Positions 36,170-47,600 of a DNA stretch of 54,552 nt are shown piece by piece (position 1 is the stretch's first letter; every line of letters starts with the position of its first letter). The stretch is from assembly GCF_000143415.4 (NCBI RefSeq), contig NW_003314339.1:1-54552 (forward strand), given 5' to 3'. Made by a program: the position numbers and the translations under genes. The notes beneath the pieces were generated by a model. That model ran no database searches, was not told where the DNA came from, and was given only the letters and a program-made list of their open reading frames with translations. Origin of the DNA: Selaginella moellendorffii. Its lineage: Eukaryota; Plantae; Lycopodiophyta.

Positions 36170-36825
36170 ACACTATTTTATTATTTTATTATTTTATTAT
36201 TAAATTAACTGTGTTGAGTTTCTGGACCACTTTATTATTTTCCTTTTTTTTAACACTATACAATTTACTAGTGAGAGTGGCTCTCCTCAAAATCTCACCT
36301 AAGATTAACTGTGTTGTTAAGTTGGTACTAGATCATAGTAAAGAAGCAAAACCAAACTTGTAATCAATGGAATCCATTATTACAGACTTAGACAAACAGA
36401 TCATTAAAAAGTATTAACTTAGGTGCATCTCCACTGTACTCATGCAATCAAATTTTGTGGAAGGGAAGATATATATTTGATTTGCTCCAGTAGCACACAA
36501 ACAGCACAAACATGCCATTGAGCTTACCAATTCGATCATATATACCAAATTCTCATCAGTTGTCACTTCAGCATAATCTATCAATCACACACAATGTTGT
36601 GCCATTGAATTCTCGATGACCCTGCCAGCATATGCAAGCCTTCCTCACCATTTGAACAAGAAAGACGCTAGACAACAAGCTAGAAATAGTGAATGAGAAT
36701 GAACTTTTAAACGCAGTTTATATTAGTGGTAACTACAAACAAATAAAAGGTTAAGAGCGATACATCACAGCCGTTGGATTAAAGGATATCCTAGAATATA
36801 CCATCCAAACCGTTAGATTTTAGTG
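36170..36825 (+). repeat. ~650-bp direct repeat, copy 1
   Basis: Near-identical to ~40972-41620. Confidence 0.9.
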
Positions 36826-37559
36826 CGGCTACGGTTTCGCGAGGTGAGAGAGACTTGGGTATTCGTCTTCCTCTGTGCAGCGGAAAGCTGCCATCTCTCG
36901 ATGTTTGGGTGGCTTGAATCCCTCGGAGCTCTCCATCCGGTTGCACCCAGACAAAGGCGACGTTTTCCATCCCCTCTCTCTCAACTACACAACGGGCCTG
37001 TCGTGCCGGACTTGGGACGAGCTGGTCCAGGAGCTCAGCTGCATCTATTCTGACGCAATTGCTTCGCTCCCTGACACATCCCTTCCGGACGCCAAGACGC
37101 AGCAAAATGCGGCGATCATCCAAGGCATCCAGCCGCCCAAGGACGAAAGGGAGCAGGCTTGGATGTCGAAAACCGAAAACCGAAAGATTCCAAGGATTCA
37201 AATGAAGAAACCTCGATACCCAAAGAGCCTCACCATGGATTTTAGACGATTCCTGGTGCCGGATAGCCACACACAAAAAAAATTCGAAAAATGGATGGAT
37301 TTAACAGCAAATGAAATCAATCAAGATGTGGACGTTAGATCTTGCTTCACCTGATATATAGAAGCGACTGTGTTCAGGAAGTGAAATCTCCCATTACCAA
37401 GACAAAATATGTAGATCCTATTTTAAAAGCTTCCAAGTGATTACCGTATTGATGCTATTCGTGATGGATAAAGTAGTATCCTAAGAATTACAACGACTTC
37501 CATCATTACGACCATCCAAGGCGTCGTTGCCCTCACGAAGAACAGCTTCGGTCAAATCC

Positions 37560-37742
37560 CGGAGAAGAATCCAGTACCGTGGATCCTCGCATTTGCGAGA
37601 ATGGGCATTTTGACAAGGCCGTTCACGAGATCCTGCGCAAGACCATTGTCTGCTGGATACCTCTCACGCAAGTTTCAACTTGAGCGCCGCCAGGAGCATG
37701 TTTGAGAGCATGAAGATGCGCACCTTGGTTTCCTGGACCACC
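37560..37742 (+). pseudogene. PPR fragment
   Basis: ARSMFESMKMRTLVSWT-type motif. Confidence 0.5.
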
Positions 37743-37749
37743 AACGCTC

Positions 37750-38420
37750 AAAACGCTTGAAGGACAAAATCAGGAGTCAGAACCATACTCAGGTGCTTCA
37801 ATCCCTTTCGAAAGCTTCCACAGTCAGACCGTTTGCTTCTACATCCCAAAGAAACCAGGGGATACCTCCAAACCATTCAAACGCCATTTCAGCAGCATTC
37901 ACTCTCTGCGTTATCTCTTTGGCCTCTTCCGATCCACTCTTGTAGTCTGTCACGCGTTTCCTCCAAGAAGACACAAGAGCATCGTACTCGTGCTTTTCCC
38001 ACGTCCGCCCCAAGTCCACTCACTGATCGATGAGATGGTATCTACTTTGCTGTCCAGCACAATCTCCTGAGGGAAGTCTTCTCTATTCACCACCCTGAGC
38101 TTGTTACCCTTGAACATCAAAACAGTCGCTCTGGACTCGTAGATCATGACCGGAAGTACCAGACGAATGCAGATTTACCAACCCCCGAATTTCCATTCAA
38201 ATGGCAGCACAACATCCACATGAACGGCACCAGGATCTTCCTGATCTCTTTGTACAACCCATCGAATATCTCCTTCACGTACAGCTTCAGAATATTGCTG
38301 TGGAATGTGGTCAGACGAGCACCTTGAGCAAGAAATTTCATCCGTTCCAGATGGAACATTGATCCACCATGCCTGCTGAGATCTCCTAACATAGACTGCA
38401 TGTTCCCACAGGAGGCAAAG
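37750..38420 (-). pseudogene. Crinkler/RHS-like P-loop NTPase pseudogene
   Basis: LYVKEIFDGLY, Walker A GNSGVGKSAFVWYF, MIYES, and AFEWFGGIPWFL across frameshifts. Confidence 0.55.
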
Positions 38421-39082
38421 CATATTATTGTACGTTTTAATTGAAAAGCATTTACCTCAAGCGTTACAATGAGCTATCCAATAAGAGCACAACTCCTTAA
38501 AATGGACATTCCAACAATGGCCTAATCTTCATTATTGAGCTTAGTCCTGGGTTCATTTTAAAAGATTGTAACCGAGCTTAGTCTTTGTACTGTGGGTTCC
38601 TTGTAAAAGATTGTAATTAGAAGCTCTATTAGCTAAAAGAGTGATGGAATCACAAGGAATCCAATCACGGTGGCGTTCTTCAGGCCACTTTAGCACACGA
38701 CAATGACATCCTCAATGTTAACAATCCACCTTGCGTGTACTAGTGCTCCACGATCGGGCAAGTCTCTGCATAGGTTCATCATTTGGCGAGGAGCCCCACA
38801 TAGCTACATGTTATAACTTATGCTCTAGCATTCTTGAGGCCAGTTTCGTCCTACTAGATGGTACATCCTGACAAAGAACTTTTCTGATTTCGGAAGTGAA
38901 TGTGATCTAGTCGGGAGCCATTCCTTCCAAGACCATCTCCTGGTAGAGGATCAAATTAAAGCGTGGAAGAAATTCCCAGTGAGAGCGTAGGCCTAGCAGT
39001 CCATGCGACAATGTTGTGGCACTCGGGCATTTGATCGAACATCGCCTGTGCCATGTGTGTGTCGTTTTGAATGTAGAACTCA

Positions 39083-40212
39083 TGCTTTTCCACGGTATGT
39101 ATGGTTCTTCTCGTGCTCATTTTGCTTATACTATTGTCCAGATTGCTTCATTCCTCATAGATGTATTTTCCAAGATAAATGGAGGCCTGTAGTTCATCAA
39201 CATCCAAGGCGTGGAGTGACCACAATGCAACTTGTGATGAGACGAGTTTGTGACCTTTGTATTATGCCTTCTGCTCTTTGGAAACTTTTGAGACAGCTTG
39301 TTCTCAGCTGATTGAGTTTAAGCTCGGTCAAGGCTTTCACAAGATTGGACAATAGTGTGAAAGACAAATGCCAAAACCATGTGTTTGAGGACAAGCTTAA
39401 CTAGCTAGTTGCACCAAGATCACCACCAATTCCAGGAGGTGTGACTTGTTTATGTTGAATCTAGGATTTTCCTCAAGAGCTTCCCTGGTTTATTGGATGT
39501 CTGGTGCAACCCTGGAGTTTTTTTTGCAGGTGAGTAAGCTTTCACGGTTTCAGAGCAATATATTATTGCCAAGAAAAGGCATCAAAAGTTGGAGCAGGAT
39601 TTGAAAGGATCGAAACATATGGACCTCCAAGCTTTGACAACCAAGTGAAGAATAGATGGGACCAGGGTGCCTGGATCAAATCAAACTCGAGCTCAGACAA
39701 GCCATCTTCCAGAACAATATCTTAAACGGATGTTGCTTGTTGCAGCATACTTATACTTTGTTTCTCAAAAATAGCTTCTGCATCAGCTGCTTGCTCAGAT
39801 TGAGATGCAGAGTCCATCCAACCCGTTTTGTTTGCCATGGCCTCGCCAGAGCATGGAGAAAGTGAGAGTTTCATTCCATCGGGAAGAGAATGGTTTCTTT
39901 CTTGAGCTTGACAGCAGCAACGCGCTGCGCGCCATGCACCCACAAAACGAAAATATCTTGCGCCGCTGTTTACATTATGGTATACGTTAAGAAGCAATTA
40001 GTGTACACTTTGGACGGGAACCTGATGGCCGGATATCTGGCTAGAATAAAAAAATATATTGGCAAGGTCACAGGTTCGAACCCACAGCCAGAGACCCAAT
40101 CAAATTTTTTTGTATGAACGAGGGATTTCTCTTCTCCGCAAAGTCGCTCTCGGCAGCGTTGCTGGAGCTAAATCTTCTCTCGTGCCGATCCCCCCGAATG
40201 ATCCACGCCGCC
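39083..40212 (+). repeat. Segmental duplication, copy 1
   Basis: Matches 53490-54552 with indels; the ORFs MLLNVYHNVNSGAR... and MQSPSNPF... recur. Confidence 0.9.
40025..40111 (+). other. tRNA-like/SINE-like Pol III remnant (also at ~52530-52617 and ~54364-54451)
   Basis: TGGCCGGATATCTGG (A-box-like), GGTTCGAACCC (B-box) and a downstream T-run. No complete cloverleaf is evident. Confidence 0.4.
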
Positions 40213-40620
40213 ACGCCGGGTTCAGGCTCTTGGATCGCGCGATATTCCCTTTCGCTGGCAAATGTGAGCAGCAAGAACAGGGCATTCGATCGATGCGGCG
40301 TCAATCTTGTTCGATTAGGAGTTCCGTGATCGTCTCCTGGAACGCGATGGTGACCGCGTATGTGGCGGCATCCCGCATCCGAGAGTGAGAGTCTATGTTT
40401 GATTGCGTCTCAGAGTGCCATGGAACTCGATGATAATGGCGCTCGCGCAGCATGGGCAAATTGTGGCAGCGAAATCGAGCTTGGGCAAAAACGCCGGCCA
40501 AGGATCTGGTGTCCTGGACAAATCTACTGCCCAGAATGACAGGACGTTCCTCCAGCAGTGAATAGCAGAGGGGGGATTTGGCCACCTCCAAAGAAATCTT
40601 TGATTTCATGCCGGATGAAG
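40130..40620 (+). pseudogene. PPR pseudogene
   Basis: VIVSWNAMVTAY, AKDLVSWT, LATSKEIFDFMP. Confidence 0.75.
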
Positions 40621-40757
40621 ACGGTATTGATTCGGCCAGTAGCTGCTCTCCAGGATCTCGCAGCCCCTGGATGTCGTCCACGTGGACAATCAGGTGGATT
40701 CCAAATCTTGTTTTTCAAATAAGAGGTGCTGAAATAATATTTTGTTATCTCCCAGTG

Positions 40758-40838
40758 TTCATGGCTTTGTGGTTATAGCATGCACGCTGTAATGTTCTAT
40801 TGTGAAGGGTTGCTGGGTTCGATTCCCATCCGCCTCGA
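40758..40838 (+). other. tRNA-derived remnant
   Basis: TGGCTTTGTGG (A-box-like) and GGGTTCGATTCCC (T-arm/B-box). Confidence 0.35.
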
Positions 40839-40884
40839 CTTTCAATTAAGAATACTACGGTGTTAGGGTCGCCCCCTAACATGA

Positions 40885-41620
40885 ACACTATTTTATTATT
40901 TTATTATTTTATTATTAAATAAATTAACTGTGTTGAGTTTCTGGACCACTTTATTATTTTCCTTTTTTCTAACACTATTTTATTATTTTATTATTAAATT
41001 AACTGTGTTGAGTTTCTGGACCACTTTATTATTTTCCTTTTTTTTAACACTATACAATTTACTAGTGAGAGTGGCTCTCCTCAAAATCTCACCTAAGATT
41101 AACTGTGTTGTTAAGTTGGTACTAGATCATAGTAAAGAAGCAAAACCAAACTTGTAATCAATGGAATCCATTATTACAGACTTAGACAAACAGATCATTA
41201 AAAAGTATTAACTTAGGTGCATCTCCACTGTACTCATGCAATCAAATTTTGTGGAAGGGAAGATATATATTTGATTTGCTCCAGTAGCACACAAACAGCA
41301 CAAACATGCCATTGAGCTTACCAATTCGATCATATATACCAAATTCTCATCAGTTGTCACTTCAGCATAATCTATCAATCACACACAATGTTGTGCCATT
41401 GAATTCTCGATGACCCTGCCAGCATATGCAAGCCTTCCTCACCATTTGAACAAGAAAGACGCTAGACAACAAGCTAGAAATAGTGAATGAGAATGAACTT
41501 TTAAGCGCAGTTTATATTAGTGGTAACTACAAACAAATAAAAGGTTAAGAGCGATACATCACAGCCGTTGGATTAAAGGATATCTTAGAATATACCATCC
41601 AAACCGTTAGATTTTAGTGC
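40885..41620 (+). repeat. ~650-bp direct repeat, copy 2, with a tandem duplication of its first ~85 bp
   Basis: acactatttt...ctggaccactttattattttcc occurs twice at the start. The copy ends at the junction with truncated family A copy 2. Confidence 0.9.
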
Positions 41621-44600
41621 AATTTATCCGTTGGGAAATTTTTCGCTTGGAATTTTGTTGATTTTTGTGAATGCTGGTCATGGTATTTGCTGGAGGAGGC
41701 ATGGTTGCGTGTTCTTCAAGTGATTGGCGAAGGTAGTCAACGTTTTCTTTTGTGGAACGTGTCGAGGAGGTCGGGGCATTGAGAATGTTGTTCTCAGCTG
41801 GTGGAGAAATTGAGTTCTGGGCGAGCAGCTGACGTTTTCCTTTGGCGATGTTGACATGTTTGTGAGAAGTTGTCGGTTTTGGGGCTGATTCGAGTGGATG
41901 CGGGCTCTGGGGTGAGTGTGGATGGTGGTGTGAGTTGTCTTCATTGTTGCTGATGACGAGGTGCTCTCGGATCAGCGGTTTGGGAGCTGGATTCGCTGGT
42001 GTTTTGTGTGTGAGGCGGCGGCGAAGTGGAGTTGAATTGTTGGAGTGTTTGTTGCTGGAGCTGGTGTTGTTGGAGTGAGTTGAGCTTGATTGTTGAGATG
42101 CTGGCTTCAATTTCTTGCTGGGAGTTGCTCCTTCTGATTCTGAGTGTTCTTCGGAGCTATCGCTTTGTTCTGTGGAGTTCGTTTGGGTTGTCCACGGTTG
42201 CTTGTTGGGAAGAGCTTGGTGTAGAGCGATCAGCAATGGGAAGATTACTGTCCACATGGTCTTCTTGTTGAGTGTGGCGAGGATGGTGCAGTCGAGAAGC
42301 TTGAGAAGGAGCTCGTGGAGATGATGAGCCACGTTCACACGTTTGTTGTCGAGTAGAGCTCCGTAGACTTCTGCTGTGCGCTTGCTGATGGTGCGATCTG
42401 TTCGGCGAAGTTCGTAGTAGAGGAGGAGGGCTTTGAGGCGATCCATATGCTGCTCCTCGATGTCCTCCCATGTGAGCTCACCGGTAATTTCTCGATTGGC
42501 CTTGATGATTTGCTGTGGAACTTCTCCTGAAAATTTGAGTAGTCCCTTGTTGGAGATTTTGAAAATAGAGGCGATTCTTGCTGGGCTGAGGGTGATCTCG
42601 TTGGTGCCATTGGTTATGGTGCTGTTCTTGGTGTTGAAGGAGGCGGCCAGTTTCCTTGCTAGTTTTTGATCAGGGTGTGTTGAAAAGGCCTTGTGGAGGA
42701 GCTAGAATCCGTGGTCCTTGAACCAGGTGGTTGTGTCGTTGCTGGGAAGCCTAGGAATATGGTGTATGACGTATCTGAGGCGCCGGGGTGGATGAGTTGG
42801 CATCTTTCTCTTCATTTTCTGTGATCGAAGTGCTCGCCCCATTAGGGTTCTTGAGACCCATAACTATTCGTTGGCTGATCGTGCAGTGCTCGATTGCTGG
42901 TGATGAACGGTAGAGATTTGTTGACGGAATTGATGTGGTTTGATTTGGCTTGATTGCAAGTTAACTTAAGTTCAACTGTTGATATTTGCTCAGGTGGCAT
43001 TGATCCAACGGTAGCTTGGGACTTAGAGATTTTTGCTGCTGTTTGTTGCTGAAGTTGGTGGATGAGTCCGTGTTGAGTTGAGTTGAGTTGTGTCGAACTG
43101 ATTTGAGTTAAAGTTTGTCTGCTGGGGTGAGTGTTGATTGTTGGTTTTGGGGTGTTTGGCGGTTTGGGTCTGAAATTTGCTAAGGTGCTGATGCTAAATA
43201 TGTCAACGTGATATGGTCGAAGCTTGTTGAGGTTGACGATCTCAGTGAATTCTTCAGCGAGTGTGCTGACTTTGGCGGTGCTGTTGGGGTATAGTTCAAT
43301 GATTTTGAAAGGTCCTTGCCAGTTGGTGTGGAGTTTTTGGCCAAGTTTGCCGATGGGTCCTCGGTACCAGAGAACATGATCGTTGACGCTGTATTTGGGA
43401 ATGTTATGCCAGGATGCTTGTTGGTCGTGCCGAGCTTTTCTCTGTTTTTGGATGGCATGAAGTGTCCAGAGGGCGTTGAGTCGGAGTTCATCGAGATGTT
43501 CGAGTTGCTGAAGCCTTTCTCGAACTGCATGTCGGGTGTCGAGATTATACTTGACAGTGACTCGCATGCTTGGGACGATGAATTCAATTGGCGTGATGGG
43601 TTCTGTTCCAAAGGCGAGTTTGAATGGCGTCATGTCAGTGGTGACTTTATATGCAGTGCGATAGGCCTAAAGTACGTCGAGAAGTTTGTCGTCCCAGTCT
43701 TTCCCGGAATCGTTGATGACCTTTTTGAGGATGGTCTTCAGTGTTTTGTTCATTGCTTCTGCTTGACCGTTGCCTTGAGGATAGTATGGTGTTGACGTTT
43801 TGTGTTGGATTTTGAACTCGGTGGCGAGATGTTCGATTGTTTGGTTGATGAAGTGGGTGCCTCTGTCGGTGATGAGTTTGAGTGGTGTGCCGAAACGAGT
43901 GATGATATTTTCGTAGATGAAGGTTGCTGTTGCTTTCGCTGTGGCATGTCGGAGAGGTATTGCTTTGGCCCACTTGGTAGTGTAATCGGTGGCGAAGATG
44001 ATGTACTGATTTCGTCGACGGGTGCTGACTTGGGGTCCGATGAAGTCAAGTCCCCATTTCTGAAATGGTGCCATTGGGAATGTTGGGTTGAGTTGTTGAG
44101 TCTGAGTTTTCGGCAGTAATTGGTGTCTTTGACATGTGTCGCAGCGTTTGCAGAATTCTTCAATGTCATGCCAGAGTGTTGGCCACCAGAGGCCGGCTTG
44201 AAGAATCTTCCTTGATGATTTGAGTTGTGCTTTGCGGTTTGATGCATCGGCGAAGAATGTTGTCAATTCCTAGTTTGTAGAGAGTGCCTCTGATGACTGA
44301 GTATCGTCGGGTTTTAGAAACAAAAGTCTTCTTTTGGTCAGACGTAGTGTACTGATCTGGAACTCTTGCTGAGTTCAGGTAACTGAAGATTGTCCTTGTC
44401 GATGAGAATGTTGTCTTTGCAGACAACGTGGCTGAGAAGTACTCCAGATTTGACGAAGAAAGCGCATTTTTCGGGGTTGAGAGCTATGTTGTTCTCCTCA
44501 CACTTGTTGAGGCATTTTTCCAGGTATTCAAGATGTTGATCTTCCGAGCTGAAAACGCTGAAGTTGTCCATGAAGACTCTCATGAAGTCGGTGAGGTAGT

Positions 44601-47600
44601 CTCGGAAAGTGTTGGTGACAAGCCTTTGGAAGGTGAATGGGGCGTTGCAGAGTCCAAAAGGCATTCGTCGATAAGCATAGGCTCCCCATGGACTGATGAA
44701 TGCTGTCTTGTGCTAATCTTCTTCGGCGATGTGAATTTGGTTGTAGCTGGAGAAACCATCGAGGAAGGAATACATCTCGTGTCCGGCGACTGCGTCAAGA
44801 ACTTCGTTGGTAAATGGTATCGGGAAGACATCTTTTTCGGTGGCATCGTTGAGCTGTTTATAGTTGACACAGATTCGAAGTTTGCCATTTTTCTTCGGTA
44901 CAACCACCAGTGGTGAAAGCCATATCGGATTCTGAATTGGGTAGATGTACTCGACTTGGAGAAGCTTGTCAAGTTCTTTCTTTACTTGTTCCATCAGATT
45001 CGGATTCATCCGGTAAGCTGCTTGTCGTCTTGGTTTTGAGTCTGGAAGAAGGGTGATGGTGTGAAGGCTGAGTTTTGGCGAAACTCCCTTAAGGTCTCGA
45101 TAACTCCAAGTGAACAAGTGTTTCTTCTTTCGGAGAAGATTGATGCCTTTGTCTCAAAAACTTGCCGAGATGTCAGTGGCGAGTACAATGTAGTGTTCGT
45201 TGCCGTCGTCGGCAAGGCTGACTTTTTCGAGTTTTTGGTCGGCTGGAATTGACAGAATGTAGGCAACTTTTTTGTGGTTGTCGACTGTGAATGCCGGTGG
45301 TGCTTCAAGTTTTGTATCTCGAGTGACTGGATTTGTCAGTGCTGATGTAATCGGTGGTCGTTCTCGTTGGAAGTCAGCGACAATTCGGAAGAGGTCGATC
45401 TCGGCCAAAGGTTCGAGATCGGGGTAGGCTTTGAGAATTTGTTGTTCTTCATAGTCGTCGAGGCCATCTTCGAGATTATATTCTTCCAAGTCAATAGGTC
45501 AGTTGTGGCTGGACAGCGATTTAGTCGCTTTTGTCGACACAGTTTGTGGTCCGTCTGGTCCGCGAAGGATAAGATTGTCATTGGGCCAATCTTGATAAAC
45601 TTGGGCAGTTCAGAGCCAAGGTCGACTGAGGGGAATTGAGTATCCGTCGGTCTGCTCCGGTAGTTTGAGGACGACATAGTTGACTGGTATTTCGACGCCT
45701 TGAATGGTGGTGTTGACTTTTCGGATGATGCCTTTGGGTTGAACAGATTGGTGGTCGGCCATTGGACATGAAAGGTGCTGNNNNNNNNNNNNNNNNNNNN
45801 NNNNNNNNNNNNNNNNNNNNNNNNNNNNNNNNNNNNNNNNNNNNNNNNNNNNNNNNNNNNNNNNNNNNNNNNNNNNNNNNNNNNNGTAGGTCAATTGTCG
45901 GAACATCATTGTCACAATCGCCTGGTTGAATCTCGGTGCGAAATGTGTCAACAGCTGTCTGTGTCGAGTTGAGTGTGGGCGAGTCTGTCAAAGTGTTGGT
46001 CGGTGCAGATGTCAGATCGGTGAGCTGTTTGGTGAGGTAGGGTGCAATCTTCAGCAGTTGGCCGATGGTGATCTGAATATTTTGGTTGAGGATAGTCTCT
46101 GCGACTGCTTGGATTTTGTTGAAGTTTGCCGAATTGTGTTCTGGTGTCGGTGTCGATGTTGGACGATTTGTCTGTCCGTTTTCTGGTATTGAGTCTTGGC
46201 ATTGTTGTCGAGCTGGTGATGGTTGAGCTTCATTGTCGGAGTCTAAAATCACTAATTCGGGTGGTTGTAGAGCGAGTTGCTGCTGTATCTTGGCAGCTAA
46301 CTTCTGCTTCTTTTTCCATTCCCGGAGTTTTGTCGAGCTCTCACGGCCTTTCTCTTCACTATCTCCGGAATCTCTGTCCGGTTGTTGTTGTTTTTCTGCT
46401 CGAATTTGTGCTCGGGTTTGTACAGCCATGACTTGAGGATCTGAGTCGTCATTGTCGGCATAAGGTAGTTCGTCGGTCTCGACCATCCTTGTTGTTGGTG
46501 GTTGCTGCTGGTTCTGATCTTGTTGTCGAGGAGGCGGTGGACCAAGTCTCGGCGGACCGCCTTGGTTTTGAAGTCGAGGTTGCCATGGTCGGTTGTTGTA
46601 GTTGCCTTGGTAGGCCTGGTCTTGATAACCTTGGCCTTGGTATCTTGGGTTCTGGTATCTTGGGTATTGTTGGTATCCTTGGTTGTTGTTGTCTCGGTTT
46701 GCTGGGTAGTTCCGGTTTGGCGGGTGTTGTCGATTGTTGTAATAGTTGTTGTAGTCGTTGTAATTGTTGTAGTTGTTATAGCGAGGTTGATCATTCCATT
46801 GTCGACTCTGGTGTTGGAAGTTGTTTCTCGGTGGTCTCCAGTTTGTCAGAGGTGGTGGCTGGTAATTGTCGAAGTATTGATTTGGATATGGTTGTCGAAA
46901 CTGCTGTCGGGGATAGTTCGAGACTTGTCGAACTTCTGGAGAATTTCGAAATCTGCAAGTCTTGGCGTCATGACCTTCTTTGGTACAGATCTGGCATTTG
47001 GAGATTTGGAGCTTGCAGTCACTTGCCGGATGTCCTTCGTTCTTGCACTTAGTACACCAAATTCCAGATCGAAATTCTTTGATGTCGGCCTTGGCTTTTC
47101 CCTTGAGCTTGTCAATTGTTTTCCTAAGTTTCCGAAGTTTTGACTTGGTGCTCTCTCCGAGTTCATCATTGGAGTCGTCGTTGGAACTGCTATCAGAATC
47201 TGAGTTATCCGTGTCATCTACTTGTGCTGTCATTCGTCGAGCTTGAACATCTTGAAGGGCTCTTGCGAGTTCGAGATAAGTGGCAACGTTGATGTGTGTT
47301 GCTGCTTCTCAGTTGGCCGATGGTGATCTGAATATTTTGGTTGAGGATAGTCTCTGCGACTGCTTGGATTTTGTCAAAGTTTGCCGAATTGTGTTCTGGT
47401 GTCAATGTCGATGTTTGACGATTTGTCTGTCCGTTTTCTGGTATTGAGTCTTGGCATTGTTGTCGAGCTGGTGATGGTTGAGCTTCATTGTCGGAGTCTA
47501 AAATCACTAATTCAGGTGGTTGTAGAGAGAGTTGCTGTTGTATCTTGGCGGCTAACTTCTGCTTCTTTTTCCATTCCCGGAGTTTTGTCGAGCTCTCACG

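Noticed and set aside
36875-37354. 159-aa ORF, and the short ORFs at 51654-52233 and 53086-53676
   Set aside because: No motif I can recognise; possibly gene fragments but unsupported.
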